Assembly: GCA_951406725.2 (NCBI GenBank)
Contig: OX597828.1
Span: forward strand, 57,784,001 to 57,848,000
DNA length: 64,000 nucleotides
Direction of reading: 5' to 3'
DNA from: Octopus vulgaris
Taxonomy: Eukaryota
Shown: in pieces, positions 14,321-25,865 of the stretch
Numbering within the stretch: the first letter of the stretch is position 1
How the letters are laid out: the number at the start of each line of letters is the position of its first letter
The notes under the pieces: generated by a model
Told to the model about the DNA's origin: nothing
Databases searched by the model: none
Seen by the model: the letters and a program-made list of their open reading frames with translations, nothing else
Position numbers and translations under genes: made by a program

Positions 14321-14612
14321 GAAAAGAATATAAGGTATTACAACTTCGACAATACTTTGAGTAATGGAGTTCAGAGAGAATGTCATTCAACTGAAGTATT
14401 TATGTTTGTCTCTTGAAAATCTGAGTTCAGCTCACAAGTACCTCCGCCCCCTGATGTCATCATTTTGATTCACAATTGTTTTGCCTGATCTGGACTCAAT
14501 TTTCTATTGCACACTTTCACGTTACTAACACTCTTTTAAAATGATCAAAATGCAGAAGCATCCCCTTCCCCCGCAAGAAATTACGACTTTTGGTAAAGGT
14601 AAAATCTCTTTG

Positions 14613-14933
14613 TAGTTGTTTCATAGTCACCGTGATCACCGTGACCGACCAGGCTAGCAGATGTTGCTACACATCGCTGGTCACAATGCGCTTCGAATTG
14701 TTTTAGCCTTCAAATGACGCCACCCCGCTAGCTAAGCGAGCAGGACAACAGAAGAGTGAGAGAAAGTTGTGGCGAAAGATTACAGCAGGGATCGCCACCA
14801 CCCATTGCCGAAACCTCATGGAGCTTTCAGTTGTTTTCGCTCAATAAACACTCACAACGCCCGATCTGGGAATCGGAACCGCGATCCTACGACCGCGAGT
14901 CCGCTGCCCTAACCACTGGACCATTGCGCCTCC
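14613..14933 (-). mobile_element. tRNA-derived SINE family C (possibly octopus OR-type)
   Basis: Minus strand GGAGGCGCAATGGTCCAGTGGTTAGGGCAGCGGACTCGCGG...GGTTCCGATTCCC tRNA head, then body and LINE-like tail. Confidence 0.8.
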
Positions 14934-15131
14934 GTTTTAAATCGATTTCCGGTAATTTTATTTCACTTCACTATCAAGTTTTTAGTCATTTGTGAATTAT
15001 TCCCACTTTCAAACGCACTTTTTGATTTTGAGTCTCCGAACGTGTATACTACTAAGTTTTTATATAACACATGTATCGCTGTTTACAGCATCCGCGGTAG
15101 GATGCAGCGTTGCTATAAATACCAATCAAAG

Positions 15132-15520
15132 TCGGTAAGCTGGAAGAATCATTATCACGCCGAGCAAAATGCTTAGTGGCATTTCATCCGTCATCACGTT
15201 CCACCGAGGCCGATTTGCCTTTCACCCTTTCAGGATCGAAAAAATACATACCAGTTGAATACTGGGGTTGATATGGCTGACATACCCCCACTCTAGAATG
15301 CTGGCCTCTGCCAAAATTTGAAACCAATATTAAAAACTATTAAGGTGATGACCCGGAATCGATCAGTCGGGGGAAATGCTTAGCGAATTTCTTCTGGCTT
15401 ACGTTCTGTATTCAAATATCATCCAGGGGTCGATAAATTAAGTACAAGTTGAAAACATAGGTTGAGGTAATCGACTGTTCCCCAGCTCGCCAAATTCTGC
15501 GTTCAATGTTCCGGGCAAGC
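15132..15520 (+). mobile_element. Two old family A SINE copies in tandem
   Basis: Degenerate GCCTTTCACCCTTTCAGGATCG and GGGGTCGATAAATTAAGTAC motifs. Confidence 0.65.
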
Positions 15521-15725
15521 ATTAAGACTGTGAACTGCTTCAAATCATTATATGTAATGGTGGAGACAAGGTGAAGTGTTTTCACACAGCAACACACGTT
15601 TACAAAAATTATGTCGAATGTATTGTGCTTCTACAGTTTGCAACAGTAAATAGGAACTTTATGTGGCACAGTAGAAATATTTATCGGAACACAGTTCTAT
15701 ATTTAAGAGATGAGAAATTATGAAC

Positions 15726-15883
15726 ATTATTTACGTTATTTACAATTGACGGATATTTGTCCTCATCTTGTTTGTGGTTAACACAACGTTTCGGCTGATA
15801 TACCCTCCAGCCTTCATGAGGTGTCTTGGGAAAATTTCGAACCTGGGTTCTCAATCCTAAGGTACTTTAGGATGTTGTTGTTG

Positions 15884-15928
<45 letters not shown>

Positions 15929-16039
15929 TTACTGCCTGGAATCGAACTCGGATTCTTGGAGTCTGTAGTCCGCGCTCTTAATCACTACGCCATATACCCG
16001 TGGGCCAAATATCCGTCAATTGTAAATAATGTAAATAAT
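15726..16039 (-). mobile_element. Short non-autonomous Penelope-type element: tRNA head + (AAT)n + hammerhead, with 34-bp inverted termini
   Basis: Inverted termini 15726-15759 / 16006-16039 (one mismatch); tRNA-like A/B boxes at 15927-15999; HHR motif at 15781-15824; homologous to 43320-43540. Confidence 0.75.
15781..15824 (-). ncRNA. Minimal type I hammerhead motif with mutated core (CUCAUGA)
   Basis: ACAC-CUCAUGA-A-GGCUG..CAGCC-GAAA-CG-UU^GUGU. Confidence 0.65.
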
Positions 16040-18111
16040 TTATCGGAACATTTAAGAATGAAACATTTAAAATCAGAAACACATTACGGACGCTAACAAG
16101 ATACAAGACGTTGCACATATAAATGGTAGGATGAAACGATATCAATTTGTTAACTGCTGCTTGCATTTGAGATTAATAACTATACGAATTAATGTCTGTG
16201 CGTTAACTGCTCATGTTCGATGCTAAAATTAATTTTAACTAAAGAAAACAAATGAGTTGCTTGCACTCCGATGCAAAACGCCGTGAGGGCTTTGATGGCT
16301 AGCAGAGTACACACCTGGATTTCACACATATAAATGGGAAATTGATTTAAATCATTATTTTCATTAACGATCTACTTTCTATCTCAGTAGTTAACTTGAC
16401 ACAATATATTTACATTCATTCTTTGCAGAGTGCAAAGCGAATTAATGCCTTCTCGCTGTTCTCAGTGCTACGAAATTTATTCCTTGGATCAAGAAGAGAA
16501 GATTGTTAGTTATGGGTATTAGAGTAGAATACTGGCTGAAAATGTAGATTTCTTTATTGGTTATTCTCGGACTAGTAGTCATTAATATATTAACGTTGAG
16601 AAATGATAAGCAAATACAATTCTCATTATACGATCGCCTGTGGGTTATTTATAACTAAACTGACGCTAAAAGTGACAATTTTGGAATATCTTTCTCTGAA
16701 CAGGTTAATAAATGATATGATCATTGTTGGAACAAGTAAACATCTCATTCCTGAATAAATTTTTCATTTTCATAGACAAAAAGATACTATGTTTCTGTTC
16801 AAACATCTCGTATTGTGCACAATCAGGCTCATAAATATTTCGAACCAATAATGGACGCTCACTTGATAAGCAAACATTTACCAACCAATTCTCTAGAAGG
16901 GAAATGCTACGATTACTTCTTGTTCTTCGTGGGTCTCTTCTCTCATAACCTCAGTATCCATTACAAGTAATGAGCCTGGCAGCTTCCAAATAATTGGTGG
17001 CTATGAATTATTTTGTAAATGTGGAGATAACTTGAAAAGACCAAAGCCAAAGTAACACAATATTGGATTGCGTTAATTTACGACGAACGTCAGTTTACCA
17101 AGCGACTACAAATCATGGCCTGACCTAATGCTCTGCTATGCCGTCCTAAATATTGCAAACACCACGACACTTTTATTAACAACTAGCATAAAAGTCACAC
17201 TCTGTGCGGACTTTTCGGCTAGGTCCTGCAGAGAGCTAATTGGTCCTGCGGCTCAAAACTAAAGCGAGTTAAATAGCATGGCAACAATACGTCTGTGATG
17301 ACTATATGCCCCGGTGGTGTTTGATCAGAGGTTAAGGACGGATGTGAATTAACTCTGTAATGCAATCATTCATATGGTTCCAGTTCGAAGTTGAATTACA
17401 ACTATTGGCCAATTTGTCCAAAAGTTTTTATCTCAACGTATAATTAACGAAGCGAACGTCATTTATCTCTCCCTTGGTCTGCGATGACATCTGAAAACCG
17501 TCAAACAAGATGGCTTGAATCAGCCAAGCTTTACCTTTAAGAAATAGCAACCAAAATGCTTTTAAATCAGATTCTAATGCTGGGTGTTCAAAAATCAAAA
17601 GACGGGCATATTTTCAATCCTGGGATCATCCTGATTCTAAAGAGGTATAATACGTCCCTATGCGGAACAAATGTAGACTGAGATACAGGGATCCGGACAG
17701 ACAGAATTTCGTGTTTATTATTATAGATGATGCTGTGTGCCTTTCAAAGCTTTGGTCTTCCATTTCCAAGGTTATGATGAACGGTATGTGTCTTTTAGAA
17801 GTCCTGCTCCTTAAACGTCCCAAATTTACACGACTCCAACTAAATGCATTCCATATATTCCTGCGTGTGTTTCTCTTACACATCCTTTCTATAGTGTCTC
17901 TACTATAATAGTGTCTCTAAATCCAGTGAAGAACGTTGCTAAGGAATATGACGTTACAAAAATAATACCAGACCGTCAATACAGACATTACGAAAATATC
18001 AGTTTAGTGAAACCTAAAAGCGGCAGTTAGGCATCAATTAACAACCACTAGGTATAGTAATGAAATCAGGAAGTAAAATCAAAATTAAGCAAAATTGATT
18101 AAGAATATTGT

Positions 18112-18570
18112 GACACGACCTTTTTCCTTGGGTCGTAACTGTTATTTCCTATTTGCTTAGGAAGTATTAAAAAATGGTTAATATTTCCTCCAGATTTTGC
18201 TTTTGTTACATTCATTCAAACGCCAAAGAAACCCCCTCAACACATGCTATGATACTCCCTCACTACTTCTGCTTATGCTCAGAGCTGCACATATTGTCAA
18301 CTACTAAGGGACATGCTCAAGTGGTTAAGATCAAGCAACAGACGAGCAAGTCTTTGATATTGAACAGCATATTTGCTATAACGATAATTCTGCGTCAGTA
18401 ACTCAGTGCTGAATCTGTCTGAAATGTAATGGAAAATAGGTCAGTTTCAAAACATTGATGTCCAGGTCACAAAAGTAAAACGAAAAGGAAATAATTATCA
18501 TTTCTTTTTATTTCTAGATAGAAGCAAATAGGAAATAACACTTACCGACAAAAGAAAAAAATATTGTGTT
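18112..18570. mobile_element. Internally deleted Tc1-like transposon / MITE
   Basis: Inverted repeats GTAACTGTTATTTCCTATTTGCTT / AAGCAAATAGGAAATAACACTTAC; weak transposase-like remnant on the minus strand. Confidence 0.6.
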
Positions 18571-18571
18571 A

Positions 18572-18935
18572 TCTCTCTATATATAAATGGCAAAATGTCT
18601 GTGTGTGTGTCCTTTATACAAATCCACAATTTTTCAGTTAGAGGGCTCGCACTTTCTATGGTCATTCAAAATTGTCCAAGGGTGGTCGTGCACATATTTA
18701 CATTTCTACAGTCACCCCGCAAAGCCATTAGAAAATCAATAGAGGTGACTTTTTTGTGAATTTTCTATCCCAAACCCAATCAAAATACCAGAAACTTGAT
18801 ACGCCAATTGAATGCCAGCTAGCTGTATGGGATTGGTCGGAGATTTGGACAGTACTCGCGTGTATGTGCACACGCATGCAGCTGTATATGCATGCACTAG
18901 CAGTATGACCCGGCGTTGCCGGGTCATAGTGCTAG
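18572..18935 (+). mobile_element. Non-autonomous Helitron-like element
   Basis: 5' TCTCTCTATATATAAA; 3' GC-rich hairpin TATGACCCGGC-GTT-GCCGGGTCATA followed by CTAG. Confidence 0.6.
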
Positions 18936-19736
18936 CACAGTATAAGAAGCAACTGCATAAAACCAATGTAATCGACATTAACCTTAGAAAATCGTATTTA
19001 GAATCTCTCCACCCAAAATGATACCCACACAGTAGAATGGCTCCACCAATTGTATACATAATAAGTTTGGAAAAGTGAAAAAGTAGTCGGCAGAAAATTG
19101 AGTGATTTGAAAAATAGTAGCTTAAATAAGCAATGTATTCTACACCATTTCTTTCTTCCGCTTTCCTTTACAGTTTATAATATTTCAATGATTGTGTATG
19201 TGAGTGTGAGAACGTATGTGTGTGAGAGTGTATGTGTGCTTGATAGACAGAATTCATTGCTGCAACGATAAAACTTCAGACAATGAAAAGTAATTAGAGG
19301 AAAGAAAATGATAATGGTCTAGTATAAGCGAATAAGATCAAGATTGCTCGAGCTGGGATAATAATATGGTTATCCGGAAGAAAGAGCAAAATAACAACTG
19401 GTTTTATATTATATTTTGTTTTTACGTTTTATTTACGCGATTTAATTCCTGATATTTTTCTATGGAGTTACGTGTATATAAAACACTGAGAACCAAAAGA
19501 AAAAAATGTTACGTGATTTCTATCATTAAAATGAGTTCATAAATGTAGCGAAAGTGAGAAATCGATTCATGCATTCACGCAATAAATAACTAGAGAACGA
19601 TGGGCATGTGTTTGTATGTGTGTGTTTATGCGTGTGTGTATATGTATGCATGTATGATATATATGGGTGTGTGTTTATCTGTATTTATGAATTTATGTTT
19701 GTATATGTCTATGTATATGTATATATGTGTATACAT

Positions 19737-19834
<98 letters not shown>

Positions 19835-21159
19835 ATATAGATATATATATAGAGAATATATATATATATATGTGCATATATATATCTACACGTGTATGTA
19901 TATACGTATATTGTAGATACAATATACATATAATAGAACACAAGAAGTACTCGGAGGCCTGATTAATATCATAGTAAAATAACGTTTCTATAAAGACAGT
20001 GCTTTAATGCTTCTAACTTTAGGCCTTCACAGAAGAAAAGAAAGAAAGAAAGACAGAAAGAAAGAAAGACAGACAGATAGACAGACAGAAAGCGTGGCTG
20101 TGATGCTTACAGAATGAATTTGTTGATGTGTGTCTCTAAGTGTATGATTATTACGTAAGTTTATGTGAAAAAGTGCAGTGCGGGAGGTGGTAGAGAGTGA
20201 ATGCGTGAACATAAAGCAGTTGAGAAGGCACATGCGATGACAAGAGCAAGATGGACGGTGTTATTGGTGTGCGTACAGCTTGAGCGAAAGCAAATAGGGG
20301 TGGGTAAACGGTTTGCGATTGCGAAAAAATGAGGTAGGATTTGTACAAAAATTCAAAACGCACAGAAAATAAATGAAATTTATTATGAGAGAAAACTATA
20401 AAGAATTTGATAAAAACTTCACATAATTGGTAAAAGGTTGAGAGAAATTTGTAAAATATTCGAATGATGGCAAAAATGTACCGGATAATGCAATCCCAAA
20501 AGATGAAACAACTTACACGAAGAACTGCAGAAAACAGTTACACACGTAACACACAGTGGAATGAGCCTGGTGAGGTCGAAATTTGAAAATAAAAATGGGT
20601 GTTATGGTGTGAGAGGGACAGAGTCACCGAAACGAAAAAAAATACAAATGGGGGGGGGGGGGCAACAACAGCGGGAAAAAAAACAAGGGTGCCACATATT
20701 CTGTATTCTGAATTCCAGAAAATTATTGCAGTTTAGTCAGCAACGGCAGCACGTTCAAGAACAATAATACAAATGATTGCCATGCGTTCATTTAAAGAGT
20801 TGTGGCTGATTATATTGAAACCAGTAAAATCCTATTATAGCACTGAGACAGAGTATCAGATTCGACATTGGTAGACTTCGGAATCAAGATATAAAGAGCT
20901 TTGCAGAATAGAGCACTTTCGTTTCTGAGTAACAACAGAAACATTCAGGCTAATAAGAACGATCTACCTTAACATCATAACCTGCTCCCTTGGGCAAAAG
21001 AAGGTATATTTTGTCCCATGTATACTTCTATAGACAGAACTGTCATAGCTGGAATGTCGTTGATCATACGAACATGTTTATGCATGTGTGTGTATATATA
21101 TATATAAACTTATCTGAGAATGGAAGCGTGGCGTTCAATTAATAAATAATATAAATAAT

Positions 21160-21303
<144 letters not shown>

Positions 21304-21440
21304 TGTATAAGTGCAGGACGTCACCAACAGTAAACTGAAGGAAATACGAAAACAAATTAGTTTAATATGCGAATAACGAGAGAAAAAGAGGAAAACAAAA
21401 TAAATAATGCAACGAATACAAAAAACATAACATATCTTCA

Positions 21441-22285
21441 CAAATTAAAAGTTAAGGCGTTTAACACGTGCGTCCTGCCATCTTTGTTATATAGGAGTGA
21501 GGCGTAGGTTATTTACCGTAGGCATGTAAGGCAACTGGAACGATACCATCAATACTGTCTGAGAAAAATTTTGGGGACTAACTGGAAGATGCCCATTAGT
21601 AAAGTGGAGGTGCTTGAGAGAAGTGGCAGTAGATCTATAGAGTCAATAAGGCGGGGATATCTGGCAAGGAAGACTGATGAGAGACTTTCCAAGCAGCTAT
21701 TGTATGGTGAGCTAGAAAACTGCAGGACACCAGCGCATAAACCTAAACTAAGATTAAAGGACTGCCTTTAAAATGCTCTGATACAGACAGGGATTGTAGC
21801 TGGTGATTGGGAGGGGGGAGCACAAGAGGTGGAAGGACGGAGGAAGACAGTGCATAGTGGTTATTTGGAGTCTTAGACTGAGGAAACCTGTGGAGAGTGA
21901 CAGTGCTGGTTTTTGTGTATGTGGTTTGTGGGAGGAGGTGTTTCAGTCGTGTAGGCCTGGTCAGCCATCAAAAAGCTCACAGGAATCGAGCCATGATAAA
22001 CAGTGACGTGGCTATTACAATTCACAACAGAACATGTGTAAAATGCGGAAGGGCCCCCCCCCCCAACCAATCCCACCCCAGTTGAAGGTCTGAAAAGACA
22101 TGTTAAGAGAGTGCATAAAACGGCACATGTTTCTCCTGCCAGTTGCAGAGCTGTACATTATGTAATAAAATGTGTAAAACTTATAAAGTCATATAAGGGC
22201 ATCACATAGCATTAACAATGAATCATTTCAGTCAGTCCTTTTGGCAACGGCTCTTTTCGTGTAACGAGCGTGTGTAGCTATGATC
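21441..22285 (+). mobile_element. RTE-clade LINE 3' fragment (decayed)
   Basis: KLKVKAFNTCVLPSLLYRSEA, RHVRQLERYHQYCLRKILG, RLSKQLLYGEL, KLRLKDCL; C2H2-like CGRRCFSRVGLVSHQKAH; stops and frameshifts. Confidence 0.8.
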
Positions 22286-22321
<36 letters not shown>

Positions 22322-22344
22322 TTTTTTACTATGGTATTTTTAAA

Positions 22345-22382
22345 AGATTAGCGTTTTCATACATAGTGTACTCATCAGATTT
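22345..22382 (-). ncRNA. Degenerate minimal hammerhead at an inverted Penelope end
   Basis: AAAU-CUGAUGA-GUAC acuau GUAU-GAAA-ACGC-UA^AUCU, pointing into the (TA)n tract at 22288-22316. Confidence 0.55.
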
Positions 22383-22402
22383 CAAATGTGTGTAACTGAC
22401 AG

Positions 22403-23235
22403 TTGTGTTCTGAACATGTTTGGAAGTGGTCAAACGATTGGGACCTGTGTCTGAACGTGTCAAAGTGCTGTCATCTGCCTGTCGGCTCTACTCCTGCAAC
22501 TCAACTTGATTTCGAGCCGGGTCGTCTGCTGCTGGAGAGGACCGATCAGGTAAAGGACCTGGGTATCTTGGTGGATTCCTCCTTTTCGCCTTCGGCCCAG
22601 TGCGTCCATGCTGCCAACAAAGCACGCGGAATTCTGTTCTTGATTCGACGGTCATTCGGAATGCTCACAGCAGCCATATTCCTGCCACTCTATGTCACAC
22701 TGTTGAGACCCATATTGGAGTATGGGATTCAAGCCTCTTCTCCTTATCTCCTCAAAGACATACAGCATCTCGAAAGAGTCCAGAAGCTGGCTACCCGCAT
22801 GGTTCATGGTCTCAAAAATTTGTCCTACGAAGAAAGGCTGAGGACGCTCGACCTTTATTTTCTTGAAAAACGCCGCCGCCGTAGTGATCTCATTCTCGCC
22901 CACAACATCATAAGCGGAAAGTGTAACCTCTCGAAAGAGCTGTTCTTCACTCCTGCTCCAGAGCGTCGGCTGCGGGGTCATTCCGAAAAGCTCTACCTGC
23001 GACGATTTCATCTCAATCGAAGGAGAGAAGCTTTCTCCGTCCGGGTTGCGGATCCGTGGAACAAACTGCCAGACGAGATGGTAAAGATGCCGACGACCGC
23101 TGTGTTCAAAGCCTCTCTGGACCTCAAGTGGCCTGAACTCTTTATATGAACACCACCCTGTACTTAACTCCATGTCCCCCTACATGGCCTTGCTATTTGC
23201 TTTTGAGCCAAATTAACTAACTAACTAACTAACTA
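22403..23235 (+). mobile_element. CR1-type LINE, 5'-truncated (ORF2 C-terminus + 3'UTR + (TAAC)n tail)
   Basis: Open frame 22403-23149 with VKDLGILVD, YVTLLRPILEY, LERVQKLATRMV, LSYEERL, FSVRVADPWNKLP; TAAC tandem tail. Confidence 0.9.
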
Positions 23236-24089
23236 TGTTTAGTTATTCTCAGAACGCTATCCGAATACTAGAAACATACGACTTATAAAACTGAAAGGAT
23301 TTGTGCTCAAACAAAATTATCCTATCATACTTATAGAAAATAGCATACAACAAGCAAAAGCGATACTTACAGAACAACTGAGAGCAACACGAGAAAGACG
23401 AAGCCGTCAAAGAAATAAAATACTATTTCTAGTAACACACAATCCGCATCACCAAAACACTTTTAAAAATCATCAAATTTGCTAATCATAAAACAAAGTG
23501 ATTAAAAAAAAAATAATAACTAATCAAACACTTATATTAAGCAAAAGGCAACTACATAACCTACTGAAACTATTAACAGAATTCAGAATAAACAAATGGA
23601 ATAACACATTCACAGTATCCGAGTGTAATGATAACAGACGTGGAACGTGTCAATACATGATTACGGGTAGATCCTTTAGAACAAAAACATGGACAGATTT
23701 TCGCAAATGTACATATATGCTGCAAAAACAAAAATTTGATCTACTGCATTAAATGCCCGATTTTCGGGGAAATATATATAGGCGAGACACGTAATGCATT
23801 ATCGGAACTCTCACGAGTCCACAGTCAACAAATCCGGAACATTAATGTTCTCCAAATTCCATTGAGCGAACATAAACAGAAATGTTCCTAGTTTTTCCTT
23901 TCCATAATCCACATGACACAAGTGAGCTTGGAAGAAAGATAAAAGAAAAACCGTTTAATAAAATGTTCAAACCTGTTCTGAACGGAAATGACTGCAATAA
24001 AATAACAACCAGTTAATGATGTGGATGAATAACTATAAACTAGTTACAGAATATCGGTATGCCAGTCACAAAAATTCGATACAAACTAC

Positions 24090-24090
<1 letters not shown>
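23236..24090 (+). pseudogene. Decayed Penelope-like 3' fragment (RT thumb/linker/GIY-YIG)
   Basis: LKQNYPIILIENSIQQA, FLVTHNPHHQN, FTVSECNDNRRGTCQ, IYIGET; paralogous to ~33850-34588. Confidence 0.85.
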
Positions 24091-24156
<66 letters not shown>

Positions 24157-24370
24157 GTGAAATAGAAAGATGAATAATCTTGTAGTAGATTAATCAAAAG
24201 TTTAACCGATACCTTAGTAGCAAAAATCACAGCAGTAAAACAGCACGGTTGGAGGTACAACCATATGGTGTTGCAACCGTGCGTTGGTGCGGATAATTGA
24301 AATTAGAACATTATTGGTGAATTGAAGAAATGGAGCTGAACGCAGATTGAACAGAAATCGTTTTATTTCA

Positions 24371-24450
24371 TTCTACACGTGTTTCGAAAGGCACAAATTA
24401 CCAAAATCCGATGGAATAATGGGACCATATTGTGTCTTTCTCTTCAGGAA
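24371..24450 (-). ncRNA. Type I hammerhead ribozyme (canonical core)
   Basis: Mirror copy of 25080-25159. Confidence 0.85.
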
Positions 24451-25079
24451 GAAAATAGGAAATCCGTTGGAAAAACAAAAACAGAACAGAGGCGGAGCAA
24501 AAACAAATCGAACTATGCTCCTAAGAGCCCATGGCGAAACTGTTTATCAGTGTATGTTGAGAACCGGTGGCTGAAGAATTCAACGGGTCAGGCATCGGTC
24601 AATCATGTGGGTGAGGGTGCGTAGATGTTCTTTGTGACCGAGAATAAAGTTCTGACTATTTAAGGAATATTGGATGTTTTATAAGGGTCGAGAAAAAATC
24701 TACTTAGAGACGTGTGTGTGTGTATACTGTTCTATATATGTGTGTGTTGGCGTAGGGGTAGAAAACATTTTTTGTGTACGTGTGTGCGTTTGATCGTTCG
24801 GCTGTCAGTGGCTACTGCCGTGATAACCGTTGGGTGGCAGAAAAAAATATATATATATCATGTTTTATGTGTGTGTGTGTTCATCTAAGCCTGCCTTGTC
24901 AAGGAAACCCCCCGCTGTGAAAAAACCAAGCCCCGTTTGTCTTACAGGAGTAATTCCCCTTGCAGTGGTTAATTCTTAAAGGCCTTTAAGATATCTACGA
25001 TTAACCACTACACATAGTTCGATTTGTTTTTGCTCCGCCTCTGTTCTGTTTTTGTTTTTCCAACGGATTTCCTATTTTC

Positions 25080-25159
25080 TTCCTGAAGAGAAAGACACAA
25101 TATGGTCCCATTATTCCATCGGATTTTGGTAATTTGTGCCTTTCGAAACACGTGTAGAA
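25080..25159 (+). ncRNA. Type I hammerhead ribozyme (canonical core)
   Basis: UUC-CUGAAGA-GAAAGACACAA...UUGUGCCUUUC-GAAA-CACGUG-UA^GAA; palindromic stem III loop. Confidence 0.85.
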
Positions 25160-25222
25160 TGAAATAAAACGATTTCTGTTCAATCTGCGTTCAGCTCCAT
25201 TTCTTCAATTCACCAATAATGT

Positions 25223-25255
<33 letters not shown>

Positions 25256-25322
25256 GTATACACACACACACAAATATATATATAGTTTTAGATTTAGATT
25301 TAGATTTTTATGATTGAACTTT

Positions 25323-25451
25323 ATTATCTCTGACGAGGCCTAGAGATATATATGAGTACCTCATTTTCAACTGCCTATTACCTCAATACACCTGACTAAT
25401 ATAGGCAGAATGAGATGCTTTTATCTATAGGCTGAAACAGCTGTAAGTAAT
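25323..25451 (+). ncRNA. Type I hammerhead ribozyme with ~95-nt stem II extension
   Basis: AUUAUCU-CUGACGA-GGCCUAGAGAUA..CUCAUU..CUGCCUAU/AUAGGCAG..AAUGAG..UAUCUAUAGGCU-GAAA-CAGCUG-UA^AGUAAU. Confidence 0.82.
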
Positions 25452-25518
25452 TTTAGTAATTTATATATATATATGTGTATATTTTAATGGCTAAAAACCA
25501 CTATGTGGACTAAATGTT

Positions 25519-25630
<112 letters not shown>

Positions 25631-25713
25631 GGTTTCTAAATGTGTATATAAGTATTCATACATATATGATATCGAAATGTGTATATACACAGACACCCAT
25701 ATATATTTGTTTT

Positions 25714-25726
25714 GATAGATAGATAT

Positions 25727-25774
<48 letters not shown>

Positions 25775-25785
25775 ATGGATAGATG

Positions 25786-25843
<58 letters not shown>

Positions 25844-25865
25844 TAGACAGACAGACAGACAGATA
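25714..25865. repeat. (GATA)n/(GACA)n microsatellite
   Basis: Direct reading. Confidence 0.95.

Larger units (their letters stand above)
24153..25223. mobile_element. Penelope-type pLTR fragment with 211-bp inverted repeat, between (TA)n tracts
   Basis: 24307-24517 is the reverse complement of 25013-25223; each arm carries an HHR. Confidence 0.8.

Noticed and set aside
15927-15999. Functional tRNA gene
   Set aside because: Acceptor and anticodon stems pair poorly and it is embedded in a repeat; treated as a tRNA-derived promoter (same for the SINE heads)
17626-17908. Overlapping 82-85 aa ORFs on both strands
   Set aside because: No recognisable motif or splice signals
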